From contig JAUVNS010000006.1 in the NCBI GenBank assembly GCA_030599585.1, positions 32,001 to 96,000 of the forward strand: a stretch of DNA of 64,000 nt, written 5' to 3'. The stretch comes from Promethearchaeota archaeon. GTDB taxonomy: Archaea; Asgardarchaeota; Lokiarchaeia; Sigyniarchaeales; SOKP01. The first letter of the stretch is position 1; each line of letters opens with the position of its first letter. Made by a program: the position numbers and the translations under genes. A model generated the notes under the pieces. The model was not told the origin of the DNA, searched no databases, and worked only from the letters and a program-made list of their open reading frames with translations. Shown here in pieces: positions 38,776-49,098 of the stretch.

Positions 38776-39846
38776 TTAAGGATCGATCTCCTTAGGCTCG
38801 TCCAGAGGTAATCGTTCTTCCATTGGGAAAAAACTTTGCTTTTTATGTGGTTCCGCTTGATACCAATATGCTGTTGAGGAAAAATCGTCGGATCGTTGAT
38901 TTGCATGACCATGTTCTATTTTAACCGATATATTTTTATGGAAATATATTGGATCTTCTATGTGATACCTATAATAAGATATTTTACCGCTCCACTTGCT
39001 TCCACCAGGAATAGTCACTCCAAAGTACGGGGAACAATAGAATTGGGAAGGGCACCATGCGCCGCAGAAATAATCTTCGGTGCCCGTGCCATATAAAATT
39101 GTCTCTTCGTCATCAATAACGATGTAATCGTCGCCTTCCCCAGGCCACCAATGATCGTTCTTTACCGTATTTTCAGGCGTCATCAGATTATGGATATTTA
39201 AATGACACCCAACAAAGTGTCCTTGTCCTTCTGCGTCAAGAATTAGATAATCACCCTCATGTGTAGGGTTTTTCTTAATAAAACGTTCTACTTTTTTTCC
39301 CGTACCGTAGGGTTTTCCATCACATGGGTTTTGCCGATTCCAGAAAGCATGAAATCTCCCAAGATCGTTTGAGATATTACTATATTCTTCGTAATCTATA
39401 TAAAAATATATAACGGTAGTAAGATCTGATTGGTTTTCTACTTCAATCTTAGCCCGAGAAGCATAAGGCATTGGAAAAAAACAGTTAAAGCCCTTACCAT
39501 CCTCTGGACCGTTAGAGAAAGGAAGACTCCAAAAATTTACGGTCTTGCCATGACCAACTCCAAAAAAGTCTCCTATCGGGACCTCAACAGAAGGGTGTTC
39601 CTCGTTATCCCACCACATCCTCAAAACCATCTTTCGTAGATAATTAGGGTCAGCAGAAGCAATAGTCATCCAGATATGTTTGATAATACCAGCACCTTTT
39701 ATGTCGCAGATTTGATAGCTTTCATTAGGATTTAATAGAACATTATCCATATTAGACCCCGTTTTATCATAACTAGAAACTCGTTTCCTTTTTACATCCT
39801 TTCTTATTTGAGCCAAATTTGCTAAAGAATTCATTCCGATTTTCAT
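38776..39846 (-). CDS. Glycoside hydrolase family 172 (DUF2961)
   Basis: SSYDKTGSN.D, HIWMT, WD.EE.PSVE.P.GDFFG, WPGEGDD, GTGTEDYF and EHGHAN. Confidence 0.9.
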   Translation of the reverse strand: MKIGMNSLANLAQIRKDVKRKRVSSYDKTGSNMDNVLLNPNESYQICDIKGAGIIKHIWMTIASADPNYLRKMVLRMWWDNEEHPSVEVPIGDFFGVGHGKTVNFWSLPFSNGPEDGKGFNCFFPMPYASRAKIEVENQSDLTTVIYFYIDYEEYSNISNDLGRFHAFWNRQNPCDGKPYGTGKKVERFIKKNPTHEGDYLILDAEGQGHFVGCHLNIHNLMTPENTVKNDHWWPGEGDDYIVIDDEETILYGTGTEDYFCGAWCPSQFYCSPYFGVTIPGGSKWSGKISYYRYHIEDPIYFHKNISVKIEHGHANQRSDDFSSTAYWYQAEPHKKQSFFPMEERLPLDEPKEIDP

Positions 39847-40035
39847 GAAAATATCCCTTACTTATTTTAATTTTTTAATTGAACGTGAGGTTCATACTCC
39901 AAAACGTTAGGAAAAATAAATTTATATTGGTTACAGAATTTCCTTATTAAATTTAGAAAATACGAGAGGAGATTTAAAATTTCATCAGGCGGAGAATTAG
40001 GCAAGCATACAAAAATTTTATTAATCGTAGTTCTA

Positions 40036-41193
40036 ATGTCAACAGCGTTCAGAAGTATGGGGTTGAGTATTATCCAAATCGGTTTGCCTTCCTTTGTTGA
40101 AAGTCTTGCTGGCTCTCTAACTTCCTATGGAATAATAATTGGTATTTTCTCCGTGACTCAAAGTATTTTACAATATCCTTATGCAGCACTCTCAGATAAA
40201 TTAGGACGGCGAAAAGTAGTCCTATTCGGAATGTTTGTATATTTATTAGGAACATTTTTATGTTTTACAGCTCAAGATGTAATCCAATTAACCATCTACA
40301 GAGCAATTCAAGGAGCAGGGGCTTACACATCAATTTTACAAGCAGTAATTGGCGATATCTACAAAAAGGATCAACATAGTAAGGGAATGGGTTATTATTC
40401 ATTATACATGAATGTGGGATTCTTTCTTGGATTCATAATAGGGGGTTTTGTTGCAAGTTTCTTTGGGTTTAGGAGCATTTTCTTGATATCAGGATTCTTA
40501 ATAATCTTTAGTATAGTGTTTATTTTTTTCACTCTGAAAGATGATAATAAAACGGAGAAGAGTGAGAATCAAGATAAAAATATGGAGTTCAACATAACAA
40601 ATATAAAAATTCTCCTTAAAGAGCGTCAATATATCTTTACGCTAATATTAAATAGTATGAGATGGTTTTTATTTGGATTTATTACTGCTTATTTGATATG
40701 GGTTTTACAAGACAACGTAAAAGGTTTTGGATTGGATGAATTCACTTCAAGTTATTTAATGCTGGTTGTTATGGCTATTTATGTTGTTTTTATTTTTATA
40801 GCCAGTAAGTTATTAAATCGATATGGACCTCGAAAATTGATGATGGTAGGACAAATAATAGTTATGTTGTTCGGAATTCCTTTCTTTTTTGGAGATTTTG
40901 TTATGAACCTACCTGTGTTTTTGATTGTAGTATCATTTTTGGCAATAGGTATAGCTTTGTTTGATCCCGCGGGCATTACTCTTTTATTAGAAGTAATTGA
41001 AGATATTCAACCTAAGTTAAAGGGTTCGGGGATCGGATTCAATAATGCGATCGGCCTTTTCTGTGGAGCAATCGCTCCAATGATCATGAGTCCTTTAGGT
41101 GAAATAGAAATCTTGTTTCCTTTTTATGTCGTTTTTGGTTTGATGATTGTATCTCTTACGATAACTAAATTTTTAGTAGATAAGAAATTTTAA
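40036..41193 (+). CDS. MFS transporter
   Basis: Motif A LSDKLGRRKV and RAIQGAG. TM1 looks truncated at this ATG, so the likely start is ATT at 39979. Confidence 0.88.
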   Translation: MSTAFRSMGLSIIQIGLPSFVESLAGSLTSYGIIIGIFSVTQSILQYPYAALSDKLGRRKVVLFGMFVYLLGTFLCFTAQDVIQLTIYRAIQGAGAYTSILQAVIGDIYKKDQHSKGMGYYSLYMNVGFFLGFIIGGFVASFFGFRSIFLISGFLIIFSIVFIFFTLKDDNKTEKSENQDKNMEFNITNIKILLKERQYIFTLILNSMRWFLFGFITAYLIWVLQDNVKGFGLDEFTSSYLMLVVMAIYVVFIFIASKLLNRYGPRKLMMVGQIIVMLFGIPFFFGDFVMNLPVFLIVVSFLAIGIALFDPAGITLLLEVIEDIQPKLKGSGIGFNNAIGLFCGAIAPMIMSPLGEIEILFPFYVVFGLMIVSLTITKFLVDKKF

Positions 41194-41197
41194 TAAT

Positions 41198-41617
41198 TCA
41201 TACCTCTCCCGTTATTTGAACGTATACCTTTCGATTTCTTGGTCCATCATATTCTGCTATCATTATGCCTTGCCATGTTCCTAGCATTAATTTACCCTCG
41301 TGAATTAGAAGACTTATTGAATTTCCCGTTAAGGAACATTTAATGTGAGCATCAGAATTCCCTTCACCGTGCTTAAAAGAGCATCCTAACCCTCCACCTT
41401 TAGGAATTAACTTATTTAGATAATTCGCGACATCCTTCATTACGGATCTATCTGCGTTTTCGTTTATAGTTATTCCCGCAGTTGTGTGGGGGACGAATAC
41501 GCGACAGGTACCTTCGTTGATCTTAGAATCTTTCACGATTTTTTTAATTTCATCTGTAATTTCTAGTAATACTTCTCTTTCAGGGGTTTTTACTCTAAAT
41601 TCTTCAAATACAATCAT
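41198..41617 (-). CDS. yjbQ: YjbQ/UPF0047 family protein (secondary thiamine-phosphate synthase)
   Basis: PHTTAGITINENAD, HGEGNSDAHIK and LGTWQGI..EYDGPR.R. Confidence 0.93.
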   Translation of the reverse strand: MIVFEEFRVKTPEREVLLEITDEIKKIVKDSKINEGTCRVFVPHTTAGITINENADRSVMKDVANYLNKLIPKGGGLGCSFKHGEGNSDAHIKCSLTGNSISLLIHEGKLMLGTWQGIMIAEYDGPRNRKVYVQITGEV

Positions 41618-41647
41618 TTTATCACCATTTTAAGGACAAATTTATAG

Positions 41648-42418
41648 TCAAGTATTATTAAAATTACCATGCTTTCCTTTCCCTTTTACAAAAGTTTTGC
41701 TTCCCTCCAAGTATTCTCCACTTTCAAGCGTTTTTAAACCAAGTTCAAATTCTTTTATCATGCCTTCGTCAACACTTAATCCCATTTGACTATAAACAGA
41801 AAGACGGTCATTTCTCATGCAAGTTTGAGGAAAAGCAGCAATTTCTCGAGCTAAATTTTCGGCTTCAATTCTTGCTTCGCCAATTTCTACTACTCGATTA
41901 GCTAACCCCCAAGTTAAAGCTTCTTCAGCATCTACGGGTCGCCCCGTTAGAATCATATCTAAAGCACGACTTAGTCCAATAATTCGCGGTAACCTAACTG
42001 TACCACCATCTACTAGAGGAACTCCAAATCTACGACAAAATACGCCAAAAATTGCATTTTTCTCAACAATGCGCATGTCACACCACAATGCAAGTTCTAA
42101 GCCACCAGCAACAGCAAAGCCAGCTATGGCTGCGATAACTGGTTTGTTTAAACGCATTCTCGTTGGACCCATTGGTCCATCTCCTTCTTTTTCTATTGTA
42201 TTTCCTCGTCCTTCAGTAATCGCCTTTAAATTGGCACCAGAACAGAAAGTCCCATTAGCACCCCATAACACAGCAACTAAAGCTTTTTTATCGCCTTCGA
42301 ATGATCTAAAAGCGGAACTTAGTTCTCGAGCCGTAGTGCCATCAACAGCGTTTTTAGTTTCGAGATTATCAATGATAATAGTAAAAACAGGGTAATTCTT
42401 CTCAATTAATACTACCAT
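41648..42418 (-). CDS. Enoyl-CoA hydratase/isomerase family protein
   Basis: FCSGANLK, GPMGPTR, AGGLELALWCD and FCRRFGVPLVDGG. Confidence 0.92.
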   Translation of the reverse strand: MVVLIEKNYPVFTIIIDNLETKNAVDGTTARELSSAFRSFEGDKKALVAVLWGANGTFCSGANLKAITEGRGNTIEKEGDGPMGPTRMRLNKPVIAAIAGFAVAGGLELALWCDMRIVEKNAIFGVFCRRFGVPLVDGGTVRLPRIIGLSRALDMILTGRPVDAEEALTWGLANRVVEIGEARIEAENLAREIAAFPQTCMRNDRLSVYSQMGLSVDEGMIKEFELGLKTLESGEYLEGSKTFVKGKGKHGNFNNT

Positions 42419-42518
42419 GTAATTTATTAGAATTAGAAGATTGATAAATTTAATTTAGGGATAAACTTTTGTTCTTTCACCATTTATTTCATAGTAAATT
42501 ATTGGAGAGTTTGGAATA

Positions 42519-43652
42519 ATGAACGCTCGGAAGAGAGTAATACAAGCATTAAATCACGAAGAACCGGATCGCGTACCTATATTTTGCCAAATTATCATGC
42601 CGGGATTTCAACGAGAACTCCTGAACTATTGGGGGGATTCTTACACTCGGGAGAGGAAATATAAGCTATCTTATAGAGACTATAATTTAGAGTTTAAGCT
42701 TGGTTTTGATATGTCATGGGGTTTCGACTCATTTCCAACATTCATTCCCCAGAAACACATGCAAGAAAATCCGTTACCAAAATTACCAGATAATAATAAA
42801 TATCTTGATTATAATGGCAGAATCTTTTTAAAACAAAGAGATAGGGATATGGGGGATGCTTATTATATGGGACCTTATATGAATACTGAAGAAAAAGCAG
42901 ATTATTTTCACGACACATATTTCTCTATAGAATGGGAAGAAGCTCCGGATTTTGCTAGAAACATTAACAAACGATTAAGAAAATTCCCAACTGATGAATT
43001 TGTACCTTGTTGCCATCTTGACCCAATTTTGGAGCCTCTTTGGGAGGGTTTAGGTCTAGGACTATTAATTAAGTTGATACGGAAAAACAAAAGTAAAATT
43101 AAACATTATATCGAGTTAAGGACTAAAAAATTAATTACATCAGCAAAACTAAACGCAGAAACGGATTTTGATGTTTTTTTTATGTGCGACGATACTGCTT
43201 TGAAAAATACTACAATGATAAACCCAAAATACCATCGAGAACTCATTATTCCTGCCTATAAGCAAGCCATCCAGATTTTAAGGAAAGCGGGCAAATACGT
43301 GTGCTTTCACTCAGACGGATTCACTGAACCATATTTTGAAGGGCTGATTGAGGCAGGCTTCAGCGGTGTTGAATCTTTAGAACCCATGGCAGGCATGAAT
43401 TTGAAACATTTGAAAGAAACATATGGAGATAAGTTATGCTTAATTGGGAATATTGACGTGTCTCAATTATTACCTTATGGTACTAAGAATGACGTTGTAG
43501 ACGCCGTGAAAAAGTGCATTAGCGATGCTGGTGAAGGTGGGGGATATATGTTGAGTGCTTGTACGGATATTACAAATTCGTGTAAATTAGATAATGTTTT
43601 AGCAATGATTTCTGCAACTAAGAAATACGGGGAATATCCTTTGAAGTTGTAA
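42519..43652 (+). CDS. Uroporphyrinogen decarboxylase/MtaA superfamily protein
   Basis: MNARKRV..ALNHEEPDRVP, CDD, FHSDG, SLEPMAGM, GNID and GGGY. Confidence 0.87.
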   Translation: MNARKRVIQALNHEEPDRVPIFCQIIMPGFQRELLNYWGDSYTRERKYKLSYRDYNLEFKLGFDMSWGFDSFPTFIPQKHMQENPLPKLPDNNKYLDYNGRIFLKQRDRDMGDAYYMGPYMNTEEKADYFHDTYFSIEWEEAPDFARNINKRLRKFPTDEFVPCCHLDPILEPLWEGLGLGLLIKLIRKNKSKIKHYIELRTKKLITSAKLNAETDFDVFFMCDDTALKNTTMINPKYHRELIIPAYKQAIQILRKAGKYVCFHSDGFTEPYFEGLIEAGFSGVESLEPMAGMNLKHLKETYGDKLCLIGNIDVSQLLPYGTKNDVVDAVKKCISDAGEGGGYMLSACTDITNSCKLDNVLAMISATKKYGEYPLKL

Positions 43653-43694
43653 ATTGAGATTGTAAAAATAAAGTAAAAATAAAAAAAAATTAAA

Positions 43695-45140
43695 TTAAAA
43701 GCCAAGTTCAAGTAGCTTGGCTTTGTTTTCAAGAACTTTTTCTTGCGTAAGTGGATAAAATTTCCAAAAGATCAAAGTACCCGCTAAGATGAGCAACGCA
43801 GGGATAACTCCTAGAAGGAAACGAATTCCCCATTGGACAAGTTCTACATTTGCACCAGAACCAACTAAAGCGGCATAATCTACTAGTCCTGCATTAAATC
43901 CGGTAATAGCAAATACCAAAGTTATTAAAGCTTCGTCAATAAAGGCTGTAGCGAGTCCTATTACCGCCCAAGTACCAACCATAATACCTTTCTGGTTCTT
44001 CCCAGTACGCACAACAAAATCATCTTGTGCGTTCGAATATAATACAGGCATTCCAATAGTCCACACGCATCCATTTCCAAAACCCACCAAAAATATGATA
44101 ATCATTAAAGAAATATCGCCTTGGAAAAAGGTCATCGGCACAGTAAGTATAACTAATAAAAAACTACCGATAAGATAGGTTTTTTTATTGTTATTCATTT
44201 TCTTAAGAATTTTGAGCCAAACTGGAATAGAAATTAATGATCCCAAGAGAAAAAGTGCGAGAAATGGAATCATTGCATCCGGATCATTAGATTGAAAAAT
44301 AAATGTTACTAAATACGCTACCATTCCAGTCATTAGCGAGGCAGTAGCCGCGAGCCATAGAACATAATGAATAAAGAGAGCCATAAAACTTTTTTGCTTA
44401 ATTACTTGCCATACACCTTTAAATACATGCAGTCGTTCATAATCTCTAGAATAATATCGATCAATAATGATCTTATCCTCCCGAGCACCCTTCAAAACGA
44501 ATAATATACCAAAGATTATCGCTATTAAAGCAATAATTGCTGCCATCACGGCGTAGGATAAAATCGTTGCTCCAAAAAACAAAAGAAGTGGTGGAATCAT
44601 CATTCCAAGGACTTGCGCGATCATGTCAAAGAAACCCCAGGATCCTGCACCTTTCCTCCTTTCTGCTTCTGTTCGAAATTTATCTGTACGAAGGATGGCT
44701 GTATGAACATCAACAAGCGTAGCAAATAAATCGAACACGAACAGAGAGAGCAAGAGCCAAAGCATCACAGGTAAAGGATTTATCAGCACACCATCGATAT
44801 TCTTTGGAAAATCTGGAGGAGAAAATATCATGATTAGAGATAACGCTTCCGGAATAAAAGCGATTGCTATCCACGGAAAGCGTCGACCCCATTTTCTTGT
44901 CCACTTAAAATTTCGATCAGTTAACCACCCTATTAAAGGGTCGTTAAGACCTGCCCATATTGTGTTTATAGCAACGACAGTCAATATCCATCCTGCTTCA
45001 AGACCCACAACTGTATGATAGAAAAAAAACATGAAAAGACTCATTGTTGCTGTTGGAATTGTCCATAGGATATTGTACGTACCGAAAGATAGATAAGTTA
45101 AGAAAGAATGTCGTGAAGAAGATTCTTCATTTTCAGTCAT
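43695..45140 (-). CDS. GPH-family (MelB-like) MFS sugar/glycoside transporter
   Basis: NDPLIGWLTDR..TRKWGRRFPW, 12-TM pattern and a C-terminal YPL motif. Confidence 0.88.
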   Translation of the reverse strand: MTENEESSSRHSFLTYLSFGTYNILWTIPTATMSLFMFFFYHTVVGLEAGWILTVVAINTIWAGLNDPLIGWLTDRNFKWTRKWGRRFPWIAIAFIPEALSLIMIFSPPDFPKNIDGVLINPLPVMLWLLLSLFVFDLFATLVDVHTAILRTDKFRTEAERRKGAGSWGFFDMIAQVLGMMIPPLLLFFGATILSYAVMAAIIALIAIIFGILFVLKGAREDKIIIDRYYSRDYERLHVFKGVWQVIKQKSFMALFIHYVLWLAATASLMTGMVAYLVTFIFQSNDPDAMIPFLALFLLGSLISIPVWLKILKKMNNNKKTYLIGSFLLVILTVPMTFFQGDISLMIIIFLVGFGNGCVWTIGMPVLYSNAQDDFVVRTGKNQKGIMVGTWAVIGLATAFIDEALITLVFAITGFNAGLVDYAALVGSGANVELVQWGIRFLLGVIPALLILAGTLIFWKFYPLTQEKVLENKAKLLELGF

Positions 45141-45354
45141 AAAAACACCATTTTCAGATTTTAAAATGCTTTTAATTTATGTTTTATTTATAAAAAATTT
45201 TAATTAATACTAATCAACTTTTCTTATTTTAAATATTTCTCTTTTTGTTTTGCATATTTATGTTTAAAATGACACGAAGTATAACTTTGACAGATTAGGC
45301 ATAAAATTTAGGTCTAAACTATATCTAAATACATCTTTGAATCGAAACAAAATT

Positions 45355-45370
45355 AAAAAAAAAAAAAAAA
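45355..45370 (-). terminator. Long T-tract (A-run on + strand) after the 45377 gene
   Basis: A 16-nt A-run just past the stop codon of the minus-strand transporter. Confidence 0.4.
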
Positions 45371-45376
45371 GATTAT

Positions 45377-46804
45377 TTAAAAGCCAATTTCCTCGAGTTT
45401 TGCTTTATTTTCTGCTACTTTTTCTGGATCAAGAGGATATGCTTTCCAAAAAACTAATACTCCTAATAAAAGAATGCACATTGGTATAATCCCTATTAAA
45501 AATCGAAGCCCCCATTGTATTAGCGCAACATTTGCTCCGCTGTCTATTAATCCTTGTAGCGTTGAAATTCCCGCGGGAAACATCGTTATAGCAAATACAA
45601 TTGTAATTAATAATTCGTCAAAGAAACTCGTGAATCTGCCAATCAGTGCCCATGTTCCTAATATCATGCCTTTCTGATTTTTTCCTGTTCGTACGACGTA
45701 ATCGTCTTGTACATCAGATAATACCACCGGTACACCTAATGTCCAAATGCATCCCATTGCTAAACCTGCAATAAAAAAGAAAATAAGAAAATCGACTAAA
45801 GTAACGAAGAAAGACAAGGGTATTAAAGCTGCGCATAATACGAACCCCCCAATTGTATATACCTTTTTGGTATTATTAATTTTCTTAAGGTATTTATGCC
45901 ATAGTACAACAGAAATCATGGCTCCTATTAGAAAAGTTGCCATTAGCATTATAAATACATCTTCTCCAGCGTTTAAAATGAAAGTTACCATATATAAACC
46001 CATTGCCGTCATTAGAGTTGTTGCAATGCCAAAGGTAGTGTATGAAGCGTAAAATACCATAAAGCTTTTCTGTTTAACTACTTCTTTCATTCCTTTAAAA
46101 AAGCTCATCCTTTCGTATTCTTTTGAATAATAGCGATCGATAATGTTTTTATCCTCTCGAACACCAGGTAAAAACAAAATTGCAAATATTATTGTTAAAA
46201 AAGCTATAATTGCCGCCATAAGAGCATATGAGGCTCGAGTATTACCCAGAAAGAGAAAAAGCGGAGGAATCATCGTACCAAGAGCTACAGCAATCATGTC
46301 TACAGGTCCAAAGAATTTAGAGTATCTTTTGCGTTGAGCATCAGAGCGAAATTTATCCGCACGAAGAGTACCAACATTTACATCCAGTAAAGTAACACAA
46401 GTGTCAAATATGAAAAAGGACATTATTAACCAACCAAAAACGGGCCATGGATTTATTGCAGGATCGATATTAGGTGGTGTGTAAATAAGGTAAAAAGAAA
46501 GGCACCATGGGATAATACTCACTACTACCCATGGAAAACGTCTCCCCCATTTTCTAGTCCATTTAAAGTTCCTGTCAACTAAGAAGCCAATTAAAGGTTC
46601 GTTGATTGAATCCCATACCATAAAAATAGCCATAGCAAGAAAGATTAGAATTGGTTCGAGTCCGACAACTGTGTGATAGAAGAAAAAGTAGGTCAAGTTT
46701 AAAGCAGAAACTATAATTGACCACACTATCTGGTACATGCTAAATGAGAGGATATTTAGATTAGAGTATATTGTTTCTTTTACTTCCACTTCTGTTTGAT
46801 TCAT
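45377..46804 (-). CDS. GPH-family (MelB-like) MFS sugar/glycoside transporter, paralogue of 43695
   Basis: NEPLIGFLVDRNFKWTRKWGRRFPW and QDDYVVRTGKNQKG, both shared with the neighbouring gene. Confidence 0.88.
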   Translation of the reverse strand: MNQTEVEVKETIYSNLNILSFSMYQIVWSIIVSALNLTYFFFYHTVVGLEPILIFLAMAIFMVWDSINEPLIGFLVDRNFKWTRKWGRRFPWVVVSIIPWCLSFYLIYTPPNIDPAINPWPVFGWLIMSFFIFDTCVTLLDVNVGTLRADKFRSDAQRKRYSKFFGPVDMIAVALGTMIPPLFLFLGNTRASYALMAAIIAFLTIIFAILFLPGVREDKNIIDRYYSKEYERMSFFKGMKEVVKQKSFMVFYASYTTFGIATTLMTAMGLYMVTFILNAGEDVFIMLMATFLIGAMISVVLWHKYLKKINNTKKVYTIGGFVLCAALIPLSFFVTLVDFLIFFFIAGLAMGCIWTLGVPVVLSDVQDDYVVRTGKNQKGMILGTWALIGRFTSFFDELLITIVFAITMFPAGISTLQGLIDSGANVALIQWGLRFLIGIIPMCILLLGVLVFWKAYPLDPEKVAENKAKLEEIGF

Positions 46805-46930
46805 TTTTCATTCATCTGTTTAATTTTTTTAGTAAAGTTAATTAATTCTAGTCTAAGGTATATTTATAGGTTTAACTTTTTACTCAACACCCGTTCAAAA
46901 TAGTAATATTAACAAGAATGTCGATTAATA

Positions 46931-49069
46931 ATGAACGCAACTCGTTATAATATATCTAATCAATATTGGAAGTTGGAAATTCAAAAGAATAGAAATTGGT
47001 TTATTTATAAATTAACCAGTAAAATCAATGACGAAATCTATGCAGATCAGGATTATCATTATAGGATTTTAACATCTAGTAAAAGAGTATCTCGTTTTGT
47101 TTATTTAACTCACTTAAATTCAGAAACTAAAGCCAAAAAGTTGTCATCAAGAAGTATTCGCATGGAAGGAAATGACACTATAATTATAGAAGGAAAATTC
47201 GAGGATACAGAGATTCTAATTACTCATGAATTTAAACTTGTGGAAAATAGTAAATGGTTAGATGAAAAAATCACATTATCTAATCAAGGTAAGAAAAGAT
47301 TTAGGTTTAGTTTGATTAATCTAGGTTTTAGGAAATTTTTATTTAAACAATATTCTGGCTGGAATGTGCATTTAGACGAATATACGTTAACATCCATTCC
47401 AACTCGAAGATATTTTGGATATGGAGACGATCGTAGAAAAGAGAACTTTAGTGCTAATGACATTCTTTTCGGGGCTTGGATCGCTAAAGAAGCAGAAATG
47501 CCGGGTTTTTGTGCCGAGGGATGGTTGTGGGGTAATGAACAGGGGGGATTACTGACGTGCAAATATAATCCCTCTCAAATGGAATATTCTCGATTTCAAA
47601 GAATTCCAACCACATTACCGGGAAGAGGTGTTGAGGATGTTGATCTTGTTTTTGGAGGTGTTTCCTTATATGAGGGCAATCCGGAGCTAGCTACAACCTT
47701 AAAACCAGATCAGAGCTATTCATTTGGAGTTACGAGATATGCTACATACCAAGGAGATTATAAAGAGGGATATTATCTTTACAGGAGTCATTTAGAGGGG
47801 CATGGACATATTTTTAAACCCAACTACGATCCTCCCGTTCATTGGAATGAATTGTACAACTTAGGATGGGTTTCCGAAAAGACGGGATTTTTTGTAGAAG
47901 GTATAGAATTCAAAGTTTACACTTTAGAACAATTGTATGAAGAGGCAGAATTAGCTCGAGATATTGGTGCTGAATGCTTATATTTAGATCCAGGGTGGAA
48001 TATAGCTTTAGGCTCTTCCATTTGGAACGAAGAGAGATTTGGTCCTTTAAAAGAATTCTCAAAAAATATCCATGAGAAATATGGATTGAAGTTAGCGCTG
48101 CATCTTATGATGAATTTTGAAGGAGAAGACGAACCCGAGGAGTTCTACTTAATAAGCAAAACGGGAGTAAAAGTCGTAGCAGATCCCTATATCAACCTCT
48201 TTAGTTTGTGTGCTAATGATCATTGGGTTGATGAAAAAACGCGTAGAATATTAGAATTAGCAAAAGAAGGAATAGATTTTTTCATGTTTGATTTCACTGA
48301 TTTTTCAACATTTATGGTTAACGAAATTGGTTGTTATAGCAAGGAGCACGGACATGAAGTGCCAATGCTCAGAAACACTCACGCTGAAAACATATTTAAA
48401 GTCATTCAAAATGTAAAGAAGAAATTCCCCCATATTCTTATAGAAGCACACGACAGAGGTGTAAAACCTCGAAATCCATTATATTACCAGCACAATCTTC
48501 CTCACAGTTTTGACGAAAATTGGGGTTTTGAATGTATGTGGAATCCGATGCAAGATTTATTGTCTGGGAGGGCAACGCAACTTTTTGAATACAATTTAGC
48601 TTATTCTATACCCTTATACTTGCATATAAATGAAAATAGCGATAATGAGAACATGCTACAATTCTGGTGGTACGCTTCCCTTGCGAGACATTTGGGAATT
48701 GGAGGATTGAGTGATAGACAAAGTGTAAAATATATGGCATTAAAAGAAGCTATGACCCTTTATAAAAAAATTAAGCCTTTCTTCACGCGGGGAATATTTT
48801 ACGGTATTAACCAAAACATTCACCTTCACGTGGATGAAACTGAGAAGTTAGGAGTTATTACTACCTATAATTTGAGTAGTCGGGTTCAAATAATAGATGT
48901 TCAATTTGATCCCATAAAATATGGTCTGGATGTTAGTACTGTAGAAATTTATAATGGAACAAATAAAATAATTTCTACAATAAAATTAACTCAGAATTCA
49001 AACAACGTTCGTCATTTTAAGGTTGAAATCTCTCCTTTATCACCGATAATCGCAATTCTCAAAAAATAG
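46931..49069 (+). CDS. Divergent clan GH-D (GH36/alpha-galactosidase-like) glycoside hydrolase
   Basis: N-terminal beta-rich domain, then a TIM barrel with HWNE, A..IGAECLYLDPGW, GLKLALH and GIDFFMFDF, then a C-terminal beta domain. Confidence 0.65.
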   Translation: MNATRYNISNQYWKLEIQKNRNWFIYKLTSKINDEIYADQDYHYRILTSSKRVSRFVYLTHLNSETKAKKLSSRSIRMEGNDTIIIEGKFEDTEILITHEFKLVENSKWLDEKITLSNQGKKRFRFSLINLGFRKFLFKQYSGWNVHLDEYTLTSIPTRRYFGYGDDRRKENFSANDILFGAWIAKEAEMPGFCAEGWLWGNEQGGLLTCKYNPSQMEYSRFQRIPTTLPGRGVEDVDLVFGGVSLYEGNPELATTLKPDQSYSFGVTRYATYQGDYKEGYYLYRSHLEGHGHIFKPNYDPPVHWNELYNLGWVSEKTGFFVEGIEFKVYTLEQLYEEAELARDIGAECLYLDPGWNIALGSSIWNEERFGPLKEFSKNIHEKYGLKLALHLMMNFEGEDEPEEFYLISKTGVKVVADPYINLFSLCANDHWVDEKTRRILELAKEGIDFFMFDFTDFSTFMVNEIGCYSKEHGHEVPMLRNTHAENIFKVIQNVKKKFPHILIEAHDRGVKPRNPLYYQHNLPHSFDENWGFECMWNPMQDLLSGRATQLFEYNLAYSIPLYLHINENSDNENMLQFWWYASLARHLGIGGLSDRQSVKYMALKEAMTLYKKIKPFFTRGIFYGINQNIHLHVDETEKLGVITTYNLSSRVQIIDVQFDPIKYGLDVSTVEIYNGTNKIISTIKLTQNSNNVRHFKVEISPLSPIIAILKK

Positions 49070-49098
49070 GGAAAATTATTCTGGTTTTCTGATGTCTT

